Below, piece after piece: positions 1 to 8,474 of a DNA stretch of 64,000 nucleotides. Every line of letters begins with the position of its first letter. The first letter of the stretch is position 1. Position numbers and translations under genes: made by a program. The notes under the pieces were generated by a model, which was not told the origin of the DNA, ran no database searches, and saw only the letters and a list, made by a program, of their open reading frames with translations. This DNA comes from Synechococcales cyanobacterium S06. GTDB taxonomy: Bacteria; Cyanobacteriota; Cyanobacteriia; Cyanobacteriales; JAABRE01. The stretch lies in NCBI GenBank assembly GCA_011391125.1, contig JAABRE010000022.1:76-64075 (forward strand). The letters run 5' to 3'.

Positions 1-1
1 T

Positions 2-466
2 TTTTTTACCTTTCACCATTTCTGGACTTCTTTATATTCGGCCAATAATAGTAATAAGCAAGAAATTGAGCTAATCAAGAAATTAAGGAAACTGATAGCA
101 ACTGCTGAAAATCAGGAATTTGAATTAACCACCGCTAATGGTGAATCGATCGCCATACCGAACTCCGTCAAAGATGTTTTAAGCAATGTCATTGAGATTA
201 TGGCGCAAGGTCAAGCAATTTCCTTGATTCCCGTAGCTGAGGAAGTCACAACCACCCAAGCTGCGGAAATTTTAAATATATCTCGTCCATATTTATTGAG
301 ATTAATTGACAGGGGAGAAATTCTTTTTCATTTAGTAGGAAGTCATAAAAGAATTGTCTTAAAAGATTTACTTGAATACAAAAAAATAAGGGATCAAAAT
401 CGTCAAAAAGGCTTACAGAAGTTAACCGATTTAAGTCAGGAATTAGGGCTTTATAATGTGTATTAA
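2..466 (+). CDS. Helix-turn-helix (excisionase/MerR-like) DNA-binding protein, probable type II antitoxin; 5' end probably outside the window
   Basis: ORF track 200..466. The frame stays open back to nt 2 with no in-frame ATG/GTG/TTG. C-terminal TTTQAAEILNISRPYLLRLIDRGEI...HKRI looks like an excisionase-type HTH. No toxin gene follows; a MITE palindrome does. Confidence 0.5.
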   Translation, partial: FFTFHHFWTSLYSANNSNKQEIELIKKLRKLIATAENQEFELTTANGESIAIPNSVKDVLSNVIEIMAQGQAISLIPVAEEVTTTQAAEILNISRPYLLRLIDRGEILFHLVGSHKRIVLKDLLEYKKIRDQNRQKGLQKLTDLSQELGLYNVY

Positions 467-492
467 ATACAAAAATTAAAATTCTATCGTCA

Positions 493-545
493 CCAAACCA
501 TTGTAGAGACGTTGCATGCAACGTCTCTACAATGGTTTTTGGAGA
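493..545. repeat. Palindromic core of MITE family A (GTAGAGACGTTGCATGCAACGTCTCTAC)
   Basis: Perfect palindrome ccaaaccattgtagagacgttgcatgcaacgtctctacaatggttt. The same core recurs at about 7181, 30149, 38966, 56977 and 49242. Confidence 0.8.
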
Positions 546-980
546 TGTCTATTAATTAAACTTTTTGATAAGTATTAGAAATATTAATAAAAGTCTTGTA
601 AGTAGCGCTGGACCGTCTTTTGGGTGTAAACTATATAATTTAGATACAATATGTCCGATGGTGGGTTACGCTGCGAATCAAAAGTTATCGGTTTTTTATC
701 AAAATCACGAATTGCTGCTAACCCACTCTACAATGGTTTTATATTTAATTACACTTCCTTACTTACAAGGCTATTTTTTTAGCTATTTGGTTTTTTTCTT
801 TCCCGTAACAACAGCTACAGATTCTACCAATTTATCAATGACCACAAATATTCCTATTTTCACCAAAACTTTTGCTCAGATATATAATTATGAAAAAGCT
901 AGTAATACAATTATTACAGGAATTCATATTTCTGATAATTATCGTTTTGAAAAATAAGATTTGTTAAGTTGGCAAGTTTG

Positions 981-1045
981 GTAAGGTGGGCAACTATAAA
1001 GCTGATATTTTTTAATCATTAAATTTTAATTGTTGCTCACCCTAC
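981..1045. repeat. GGTAGGGTGGGCAA-type long hairpin repeat (family D)
   Basis: gtaaggtgggcaac ... gttgctcaccctac inverted arms. Related copies at 8399, 38230 and 61183. Confidence 0.7.
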
Positions 1046-1092
1046 TTTTATTGATCTTAGTATGTGAATTTTATTCATTTTTATTTTCTCAA

Positions 1093-1210
1093 TAGACCTC
1101 TTGCGAAACTGAAAAAATAGAATTGTCATTCTGAGCGTCAGCGAAGAATCTCCGAGATTCTTCGCTAACGCTCAGAATGACAGTTTTTCGTAGTAACGCC
1201 GCGAGGTCTA
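1093..1210. mobile_element. MITE-like element with TAGACCTCTTGCGAAA terminal inverted repeats and an internal palindrome
   Basis: Ends are tagacctcttgcgaaa ... cgccgcgaggtcta. Inner palindrome is gtcattctgagcg..cgctcagaatgac. A partial end copy lies at 4508-4525. Confidence 0.6.
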
Positions 1211-1338
1211 ATCTTAAAAAATGCCAAAATTTGCTCACATGAAGAAAACATCTCACAAAAGATCATTTATCCTTATCAATATATTATTAATGTGTATGAG
1301 CTAGTTTAAAAAAGCTTTAGAGGAGTTAATCATAATCT

Positions 1339-2868
1339 ATGCCTGCTTTATTGGAAAATCCTTTGCGTGTTGGCCTTCGTCAGGAACGCACACCTGAACC
1401 TTTGATTATCGTAATTTTTGGAGCTTCGGGAGACTTAACTCAAAGGAAACTTGTTCCTGCTTTGTATCAAATGAAGAAGGAGCGTCGCTTACCCCCAGAA
1501 GTTACCATCGTTGGTGTGGCGCGTCGTCCGTGGAGTCACGATTTTTTCCGCGAACATTCTCGCCAAGGTATCGAGGAATTTTCCGATGGGATTGGTAATG
1601 AGGAGCTTTGGCAAGATTTTGCGGAAGGTCTTTTTTACTGTGCGGGGAATATGGATGAATCCGCTAGTTACCAGAAACTAAAGGCTTTTTTGGAAGAATT
1701 AGATGGAAAACGCGGTACTCGCGGCAATCGCGTCTTTTATTTGGCAGTCGGTCCTAAGTTTTTTCCCCCCGCCATTAAGGAGTTAGGGGCGGCGGGGATG
1801 TTGAGTGACCCGATCAAGCATCGTTTGGTGATTGAGAAACCTTTTGGTAAGGACTTAAATTCGGCTCAAACTCTGAATCGGGTTGTGCAGAACGTCTGTA
1901 AGGAGGAGCAGGTTTATCGTATTGACCACTATCTTGGTAAGGAAACTGTCCAAAATCTCCTCGTTTTCCGCTTTGCTAATACTATTTTTGAACCCCTTTG
2001 GAATCGTCATTATGTTGACCATGTGCAGATTACGGTGGCTGAAACCGTGGGAGTTGAAGATAGAGCCGGTTATTATGAAACTTCTGGCGCTCTGCGGGAT
2101 ATGTTACAAAACCATTTAATGCAGTTATTCAGTTTGACTGCGATGGAAGCTCCTAACGCTCTTAATGCTGATAGTATTCGCAATGAAAAGGTTAAGGTTT
2201 TACAAGCAACTCGCCTCGCAGATCCCCATAATTTAGAATATGCCGCGATTCGGGGTCAATATAAGGCCGGTTGGATGAAAGGTAACCCCGTTGCAGGCTA
2301 CCGCAATGAACCAGGGGTTAATCCTAATTCCACAACTCCGACTTATGTCGCCATGAAATTCATGGTGGATAATTGGCGTTGGCAAGGTGTTCCATTTTAC
2401 CTGCGCACTGGTAAACGTTTACCAAAAAAAGTTACGGAAATTGCCATTCAATTCAGAGAAGTTCCCCTGTTAATTTTCCAATCCGCAGCCCAGCAAGCTA
2501 ATCCCAATGTGCTTGTTTTGAGGATTCAGCCGAATGAGGGGATTAGTCTGCGTTTTGAGGCGAAAATGCCCGGTGCTGATTTGCGCACCCGCAGTGTGGA
2601 TATGGATTTTAGCTATGGTTCATCTTTTGGCATGGCGACCGCAGACGCTTACCATCGTTTATTACTAGATTGTATGTTGGGCGATCAGACTTTGTTTACC
2701 CGCGCCGATGAAGTCGAAGAAGCTTGGCGTGTTGTTACCCCTGCTTTGGCCGCTTGGGATGCTCCCGTAGATCCCGCTTCCATTCCCCAATATGAGGCTG
2801 GTGCTTGGGAATCCACGGAAATGGAATTTTTCCTTAATCGTGATGGCCGTCGTTGGCGCCGACTGTAA
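1339..2868 (+). CDS. zwf: Glucose-6-phosphate 1-dehydrogenase
   Basis: 509 aa with the [15 protein letters not shown] dinucleotide-binding N-terminus and the RIDHYLGKE active-site motif. Confidence 0.97.
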   Translation: MPALLENPLRVGLRQERTPEPLIIVIFGASGDLTQRKLVPALYQMKKERRLPPEVTIVGVARRPWSHDFFREHSRQGIEEFSDGIGNEELWQDFAEGLFYCAGNMDESASYQKLKAFLEELDGKRGTRGNRVFYLAVGPKFFPPAIKELGAAGMLSDPIKHRLVIEKPFGKDLNSAQTLNRVVQNVCKEEQVYRIDHYLGKETVQNLLVFRFANTIFEPLWNRHYVDHVQITVAETVGVEDRAGYYETSGALRDMLQNHLMQLFSLTAMEAPNALNADSIRNEKVKVLQATRLADPHNLEYAAIRGQYKAGWMKGNPVAGYRNEPGVNPNSTTPTYVAMKFMVDNWRWQGVPFYLRTGKRLPKKVTEIAIQFREVPLLIFQSAAQQANPNVLVLRIQPNEGISLRFEAKMPGADLRTRSVDMDFSYGSSFGMATADAYHRLLLDCMLGDQTLFTRADEVEEAWRVVTPALAAWDAPVDPASIPQYEAGAWESTEMEFFLNRDGRRWRRL

Positions 2869-3024
2869 GAAGTAATAAGTAAGAAGTAATAAGTAATAAG
2901 TAATAAGTAAGAAGTAACCTATTACCTATTACCTATTACCTATTACTTAAAAAACTTATTACCTATGACTGCACTACTTCTTACTTGATAACTGATAACT
3001 GATAACTGATAACTGATAACTGAT
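2869..3024. repeat. Composite heptanucleotide tandem arrays filling the whole zwf-opcA spacer
   Basis: (AAGTAAT)n from about 2870 to 2926, (CCTATTA)4 from about 2929 to 2957, and (GATAACT)5 at 2987-3024 ending directly at the opcA ATG. Confidence 0.9.
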
Positions 3025-4362
3025 ATGACTTTAACTCAACCTTTAGTTTCTTTACAAGCTCCCAAAGACATTTCTTTAGCGCAAATTGAGGCCGAACTTC
3101 ATAATATTTGGCAAACTTACAGTCAAGAAGAAGGTTTAGCCGCTACTAGGGCAACTACCTTTTCTTTCCTGGTTTATGAACCCGATGAAACCCAACCCCT
3201 GTTAGCTGCTAATCGTTTTTATTCCGGTCCTGTGGATGGTATTGCCGGACCCCGTACCACCGCAGCCATTAAAGCCGCTCAAAAAGCCTATTCTTTGGAA
3301 ATTACAGGGAAGGCTACCCCTGAATTATTAACCAAACTAAGGGCGGAATTACACCAAAATAATGGTCAGGAAAAAAATCCGGCCTATTCCCCCGATTTAG
3401 CCAGTGCCGGAATTGCCGATGCGATCGCCGCTTCTAATCCTTGTCGTATTATTACCCTTTGTCCCACTGCTGACTCCAATGAAGGTGTTTCCACACAAGT
3501 ATCTGCTTCTTGTCCCATTCATAAACGTAGTCAAAGCACTTTGATTTGTTGTGAATATATTACTTTAAGTGGTACTGCTCAAGCTTTAGAACGTATTGGT
3601 GGTATGATCACGGAATTGATGATTCCTGAACTGCCCAAATTTATTTGGTGGAAAGCTGCCCCTGATTGTGACTATAGTTTGTTTAAACGTTTAGTGGCCG
3701 AAGGCGATCGCCTGATTTTTGATTCCACGACCTTTAAACAACCAGAAGTTAGTCTGAAAACATTGGCTGAATTAATCGAAAAAGGAGTGGCGATCGCCGA
3801 TTTGAGCTGGGCCAGATTAGCACCTTGGCAAGAATTGACTGCGGAGGCCTTTGATCCTCCCGAACGTCGCGACGCAATTTGGCAAGTTGATCGCTTAACC
3901 ATTGACTATGAAAAGGGAAATATGGCACAACCAGTGATGTTTTTAGGTTGGATTGCCAGTCGCTTACAATGGCTACCCGTATCTTATCATCAAGAAGGGG
4001 GAGACTACGATATTGTCAAGGTAAAATTTTTAACCAAGGATCAGAAAACAGTAGAAGCGGAATTGGCCGGTATTCCTTTGACTAATCCCGGTCAAATTAT
4101 TGGGGATTTAATAAGCTTGAAACTAGGTTCTAGCAACTCAGAAGCGGATTGTTGTACCGTTTTATGTTCAGAAAGCACGGGTTGTATGAGGATGGAAGTT
4201 GGTGGAGGCGCTCAAGCTTGTACTTTTAGGCAGGTGACAGATGTTTCTGACCAAAATACAGAACAGCTACTTGGTAGGCAACTGCAACGTTGGGGACGAG
4301 ATTTGCTTTATGAGGAAAGTATGGCTGTTACCTATCAAATCCTTCAGTTAGTTCAGGATTGA
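3025..4362 (+). CDS. opcA: G6PDH assembly/activator protein OpcA with an internal peptidoglycan-binding-like insert
   Basis: Lies directly downstream of zwf. N-terminus PLVSLQAPKDISLAQIEAEL..IWQ is typical of cyanobacterial OpcA. aa 58-112 contain GPVDGIAGPRTTAAIKAAQKAY. Confidence 0.85.
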   Translation: MTLTQPLVSLQAPKDISLAQIEAELHNIWQTYSQEEGLAATRATTFSFLVYEPDETQPLLAANRFYSGPVDGIAGPRTTAAIKAAQKAYSLEITGKATPELLTKLRAELHQNNGQEKNPAYSPDLASAGIADAIAASNPCRIITLCPTADSNEGVSTQVSASCPIHKRSQSTLICCEYITLSGTAQALERIGGMITELMIPELPKFIWWKAAPDCDYSLFKRLVAEGDRLIFDSTTFKQPEVSLKTLAELIEKGVAIADLSWARLAPWQELTAEAFDPPERRDAIWQVDRLTIDYEKGNMAQPVMFLGWIASRLQWLPVSYHQEGGDYDIVKVKFLTKDQKTVEAELAGIPLTNPGQIIGDLISLKLGSSNSEADCCTVLCSESTGCMRMEVGGGAQACTFRQVTDVSDQNTEQLLGRQLQRWGRDLLYEESMAVTYQILQLVQD

Positions 4363-4406
4363 GAGGATTAACGAGATTAACAGAACTATTTATTCTGTTA
4401 ATCTAT

Positions 4407-4455
4407 TGAGGGGTTAGTTATTAGACCGATGAGCAAAACTAACCCCTCAGTTTTT
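4407..4455 (+). terminator. Rho-independent terminator after opcA
   Basis: 13-bp stem tgaggggttagtt / aactaacccctca followed by gTTTTT. Confidence 0.7.
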
Positions 4456-4565
4456 GTAAATAAAATTTGAATTATCGCTAATTATTATTACAATCATTTG
4501 TAATAATAGACCTCTTGCGAAACCAAGAATAAAATCAATTTTCCTCTCATAAGCGTCAATTTCTT

Positions 4566-4598
4566 TACCTATTACCTATTACCTATTACCTATTACCT
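4566..4598. repeat. (CCTATTA)n heptamer array
   Basis: ttacctattacctattacctattacctattacct. Confidence 0.9.
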
Positions 4599-4642
4599 GA
4601 ATTGGTGCAATTCGTCTAATAATTAGCGCTATTTTACTTACT

Positions 4643-5287
4643 TTAGGGTGCTAATCTTTCCACTATCCAACTATTATTTTGACTCAATTTATAACGGAGG
4701 CGATCGTGTAATCTTGATGGTCTTCCTTGCCAAAATTCGATGACATGGGGAATTAGTCTAAATCCGCCCCAATGTTCCGCTCTGGGAATTTTTTGACCTT
4801 CATATTTTTGCTTTAATTCTGTTAGTTTCTCTTCCAAAAATTCCCGATTTGGTATTACTTGACTTTGATCTGAAATATACGCTCCTAATTGGGAATTTAT
4901 CGGCCGAGTGTAAAAATAATTGTCTGATTCTTCGGCGGAAACTTTCTCGATCGCCCCTTGAATCCTCACTTGACGTTCTAATTTATCCCACCAAAAAACC
5001 AATGCTGCGGCCGGATTTTCGGCTAAATGCTGTCCTTTTTCACTGTTATAATTAGTAAAAAAGACAAATCCCCGCTTATCTAGGTCCTTTAGGAGTACCA
5101 TTCGCGCACTGGGTTGACCTTCTGCATTAACGGTTGCTAAAGTCATGGCGTTAGGTTCTAATAAATCTGATTCCACCGCTTCCTGAAACCAATTTTTGAA
5201 TTGTTCAAGGGGATTGTCTTTAATTTCATGTTCAATTAAACCGCCAAAAGTGTAATTTTGACGCAAATCCGCTATATTTTGATTCAT
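4643..5287 (-). CDS. pdxH: Pyridoxamine 5'-phosphate oxidase
   Basis: 214 aa with C-terminal IEFWQGRPSRLHDRLRY and internal ARMVLLK..GFVFFTNY motifs. Confidence 0.93.
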   Translation of the reverse strand: MNQNIADLRQNYTFGGLIEHEIKDNPLEQFKNWFQEAVESDLLEPNAMTLATVNAEGQPSARMVLLKDLDKRGFVFFTNYNSEKGQHLAENPAAALVFWWDKLERQVRIQGAIEKVSAEESDNYFYTRPINSQLGAYISDQSQVIPNREFLEEKLTELKQKYEGQKIPRAEHWGGFRLIPHVIEFWQGRPSRLHDRLRYKLSQNNSWIVERLAP

Positions 5288-5306
5288 AGTTACTAAATTA
5301 ACTTTA

Positions 5307-6095
5307 ATGGAAAAAACACCTGCTAGTGAGGCGATCGCTATTTTAATAGATTTAGCACAAAAAGGAGAAATTGATCCTTGGGATGTGCAAGTTATTGATG
5401 TTATTGACCGTTTTTTGAAAGATATAGAAATTAATAGCGAAATGTACGGAGAAAAGGGGTTATCTCACTCCGGACAAGCTTTTTTATGGGCTTCCATGTT
5501 AGTGTTATTAAAAGCTGATACTTTGGAAGAATTAGAAATACAAGAAATTGAGTCAGAAATTGAATTAGAATTAGAAGAAATCGAGGAAAATAAAAAGCGT
5601 AATTTACCTATTAGTTTAGAAAATTATATCAGAAGAAGACCCGCAGGTCCGGTTACGAAAAAACGTCGTGTCACCTTACAAGAATTAATCGAACATATCC
5701 AACAAATAGCCGCCGAAATTGAGTCAAAACCAGCTCCTACTCCCAAACGTAATTATAATTCCCGTCGGGAAAATATACGGGTAATTACTGAGTTAGCACA
5801 CAATGAAAATTTAACTGAAATGGCTGGTCAATTAGAACAATTTTTGGACTCCTATTTTGAGCAGTTAACTAATGGTAATGAATGGCTTAGTTTAGATAAC
5901 TTATTGCCAAGTTGGCACGAAATTAATGGTTTTCAATACTCAGAAAATCAGGAAAAAAAACACGATAAAGTGGGTATATTTTGGGCTTTATTATTATTAT
6001 CTTCTGAGTCCAAAGTTGAGTTATCTCAAGAAGAATTTTACCAAGATTTATCTGTTAAACCCATTTTTGCCTTGGAAAATTTGAAAACTGGTTAA
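5307..6095 (+). CDS. scpA: Segregation and condensation protein A
   Basis: N-terminal AIAILIDLAQKGEIDPWDVQVIDVIDRFL is typical of ScpA. 262 aa. Confidence 0.8.
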   Translation: MEKTPASEAIAILIDLAQKGEIDPWDVQVIDVIDRFLKDIEINSEMYGEKGLSHSGQAFLWASMLVLLKADTLEELEIQEIESEIELELEEIEENKKRNLPISLENYIRRRPAGPVTKKRRVTLQELIEHIQQIAAEIESKPAPTPKRNYNSRRENIRVITELAHNENLTEMAGQLEQFLDSYFEQLTNGNEWLSLDNLLPSWHEINGFQYSENQEKKHDKVGIFWALLLLSSESKVELSQEEFYQDLSVKPIFALENLKTG

Positions 6096-6220
6096 TTTTT
6101 TGGGTTAAATATTACAGGAAAAATAGAGAAATTAGATTTCGATCGGAAATCTGATTTCTGGATCTTATAATTAATTTTACCGATTAAAGGACAAATTTTT
6201 AACCAAAATTACCCTTATTT

Positions 6221-6961
6221 CTAAACCGCTAAAAATCTTTGAATTACCTCTTGACTTAACTCTTTTGTGCTACCGGAAGCGACAATTCCTCCCTTTTGCA
6301 TGGCGTAATATCTATCAGCTTGACGCACAAAATGTAAGTGTTGTTCTATTAATAAAATAGAGATTCCTGTCGCTTTAATAATATTTTTTACTGCGGCTTC
6401 AATTTCCAGAATAATTGACGGTTGAATTCCCTCGGTGGGTTCATCAAGTAAGAGTAAACGAGGTTTTCCCATCAAGGCGCGGGCGATCGCCAATTGCTGT
6501 TGTTGTCCACCGCTTAAATCCCCTCCCATTCGCGATAACATGGTCTTTAAAACTGGGAATAAATCGAAAATTTCTTCGGGTATTTCTCCCTTACCTTTTC
6601 TTCCTTCTGGACGCGCTTCTAAACCTAATAATAAATTATCTTTTACTGTTAATCTGGGGATAACTTCTCGACCTTGGGGAACATATCCAATCCCTGATTT
6701 TGCCCGTTTAAAAGTAGGGAAATCAGTAATAACTTTACCTTCTAAATTAATATTACCAGTGCGAGGTTTTAATAATCCCATCACACTTTTTAAAAAGGTG
6801 GTTTTTCCGACTCCATTGCGGCCAATTAAACATACCATTTGCCCCGGAGGTACATTTAAATCGACATTACGAAGAATATGACTTTCCCCATAATAAACAT
6901 TAAGATTTGACACCTGTAACATGGGATGAGTTGGCACATTTTCTAGGGTATTAATATCCAT
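6221..6961 (-). CDS. urtE: Urea ABC transporter ATP-binding protein UrtE
   Basis: Walker A GRNGVGKTT, signature LSGGQQQ, Walker B LLLLDEP. It is the last gene of the urtABCDE arrangement. Confidence 0.9.
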   Translation of the reverse strand: MDINTLENVPTHPMLQVSNLNVYYGESHILRNVDLNVPPGQMVCLIGRNGVGKTTFLKSVMGLLKPRTGNINLEGKVITDFPTFKRAKSGIGYVPQGREVIPRLTVKDNLLLGLEARPEGRKGKGEIPEEIFDLFPVLKTMLSRMGGDLSGGQQQQLAIARALMGKPRLLLLDEPTEGIQPSIILEIEAAVKNIIKATGISILLIEQHLHFVRQADRYYAMQKGGIVASGSTKELSQEVIQRFLAV

Positions 6962-7028
6962 TTTTGAGCTCCTTTTTTTTATGAATGTAAGCTGGGCAAA
7001 ATTTAAAAGAATTGTGAATAAATTAAGT

Positions 7029-7156
7029 TATAGTAATTCCAAATAAAAATTAAACAAAAGTTTTTAGTTTGTTGTTGGACTTTAGTCCTAAGAAGCGCTA
7101 AAGCGCAACTACGAACCTATTTTTCAACTGTTTTAATCTTAATTGGAATCACTATA
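7029..7156. mobile_element. MITE family B copy 1 (128 bp, TATAGTAATTCCAA / TTGGAATCACTATA ends)
   Basis: By manual comparison it is the exact reverse complement of 27225..27352. The core is GGTTCGTAGTTGCGCTTTAGCGC. Confidence 0.85.
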
Positions 7157-7260
7157 AATATAGCAATCATATATCGTTATGTAGAGACGTTGCATGCAAC
7201 GTCTCTACAGTAATGGTTTGGTGAAAACAATTTTTTACAACTCATTTAGGATTGCTATAG
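7157..7260. mobile_element. MITE family A copy (ATATAGCAATC ... GGATTGCTATAG ends, GTAGAGACGTTGCATGCAACGTCTCTAC core)
   Basis: Directly abuts the family B copy. Related copies at 30124..30227, 38941..39043 and 56941..57059. Confidence 0.75.
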
Positions 7261-7274
7261 TGGGATTTTGCTTA

Positions 7275-8369
7275 CTATGTTTCTATATTTTTTACAATTT
7301 CTTCTGGTAAATTTAGCAATTTAACTAATTTTGGATAAGCCTTATTTTCTTCCTGATTAACTTTGATAATTTGATAGGCCAATTGTAACATAAACTCTTT
7401 TTCTGAGTCATTTTCTAATTCTGTTACCAATTCTTCCCAAGAATAAGTTAATGATAAATAACCCTTTAAATCCTCTTTTAACTGTTCTTTTTGCTCCTCA
7501 TTATTGGCAAATCTTTTACTAAAATTATCGAGAATTATTTGTTCTTCTTCTGGGGCCAAATAGCCATCAGACCAAGCAATTGCTGCGGCAATTTTTAGCA
7601 TTTTCAACTGTTGGGGAGTTACCGAAGTTTCTTGACCTAAATAAACTTCAATTACTTTAGGATCGTTTTGAATTTGGTCCATGTTACCTTCACATAATAC
7701 TGAACCTTGGTGTAAAACAGTTACTTGACGCGCAATTTGCCGCACAAATTCCATGTCATGTTCAATTACTATAATTGAGTGACTTTCCGCCAATGCTAAT
7801 AATAAATTACCCACATTTTCGGTCTCTTCATCTGTTAATCCAGCTACGGGTTCATCTACTAATAATAAGTCAGGAGATTGTGCTACTAACATCCCAATTT
7901 CTAAGCGTTGTTTTTCACCGTGGGATAAGAAAGAAGCTTGTAAATTTCCTTTAGTTTCTAAACCAATTGTTGCCAATAAACCAGCCACATTTCTTGCTTC
8001 ATTTTCCGAAGTTTTTTTAAATAATGTTTCTAAGACATTTTTATTCCGATTACAAACTAAATCTAAATTTTCCCTGACTGTTAAATTTAGGTAAATTCGG
8101 GGAGTTTGAAATTTTCTGCCAATACCGAAACGAGCGATTTTATATTCAGGAATATTGCGTAAATTTTTCCCTTTAAATAAAACCCTTCCCTCGGTGGGTT
8201 GAACTTTGCCAGTAATTACATCTAAAAATGTCGTTTTTCCCGCTCCATTTGGACCAATAATAACTCTTAATTCCCCTGTATTCATGGAAAAGTTAAGGTT
8301 ATTTAAGGCTTTAAAACCATCAAAATTAACTGTTAAATCTTCGATTACTAAGATTTTATTATCGGTCAT
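7275..8369 (-). CDS. urtD: Urea ABC transporter ATP-binding protein UrtD with a ~120-aa C-terminal TerB-like extension
   Basis: Walker A GPNGAGKTT, signature LSHGEKQ, Walker B LLLVDEP within aa 1-245. aa 246-364 (KIAAAIAWSDGYLAPEEEQIIL...) are extra. Confidence 0.88.
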   Translation of the reverse strand: MTDNKILVIEDLTVNFDGFKALNNLNFSMNTGELRVIIGPNGAGKTTFLDVITGKVQPTEGRVLFKGKNLRNIPEYKIARFGIGRKFQTPRIYLNLTVRENLDLVCNRNKNVLETLFKKTSENEARNVAGLLATIGLETKGNLQASFLSHGEKQRLEIGMLVAQSPDLLLVDEPVAGLTDEETENVGNLLLALAESHSIIVIEHDMEFVRQIARQVTVLHQGSVLCEGNMDQIQNDPKVIEVYLGQETSVTPQQLKMLKIAAAIAWSDGYLAPEEEQIILDNFSKRFANNEEQKEQLKEDLKGYLSLTYSWEELVTELENDSEKEFMLQLAYQIIKVNQEENKAYPKLVKLLNLPEEIVKNIET

Positions 8370-8398
8370 TTTTCTCCTCCTTTAATAGTTAATGTTTA

Positions 8399-8465
8399 GG
8401 TGAGGTGGGCAATTATTTAAAAATTTTTTTTATTACATAAATATTACTTAATTGCCCACCCTACC
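8399..8465. repeat. Family D long hairpin between urtC stop and urtD start
   Basis: ggtgaggtgggcaatt ... aattgcccaccctacc. Confidence 0.7.
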
Positions 8466-8474
8466 AGTTTATCT

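Noticed and set aside
565-957. 130-aa ORF starting at a TTG
   Set aside because: It lies in very AT-rich sequence that contains a GTGGGTTAC...TAACCCAC repeat. It has odd low-complexity composition, no motif and no ribosome-binding site. It is most likely non-coding spacer.
2869-3024. Possible CRISPR array or other spaced repeats
   Set aside because: The repeats are contiguous 7-nt units with no unique spacers of 25-40 nt, and no cas genes are present in the window.
6435-6881. 148-aa plus-strand ORF, and similar antisense ORFs at 6415..6663, 32431..32805, 33465..33869, 34395..34736, 47244..47652, 48104..48442, 21382..21946, 28548..29345 and 26660..27079
   Set aside because: All lie antisense to, or out of frame within, well-supported genes (urtE, cobS, the MacB permease, the DUF4912-like gene, the exoprotein remnant, the LeuC-like gene, the rubrerythrin) and have biased shadow-frame composition.
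7090-7125. tRNA-like GGTTCG...GCGC segments in GGTTCGTAGTTGCGCTTTAGCGC, also at 27270, 33320, 41340 and 50665
   Set aside because: This is the conserved core of MITE family B. No acceptor stem, anticodon arm or T-loop GTTCRANYC context can be drawn.
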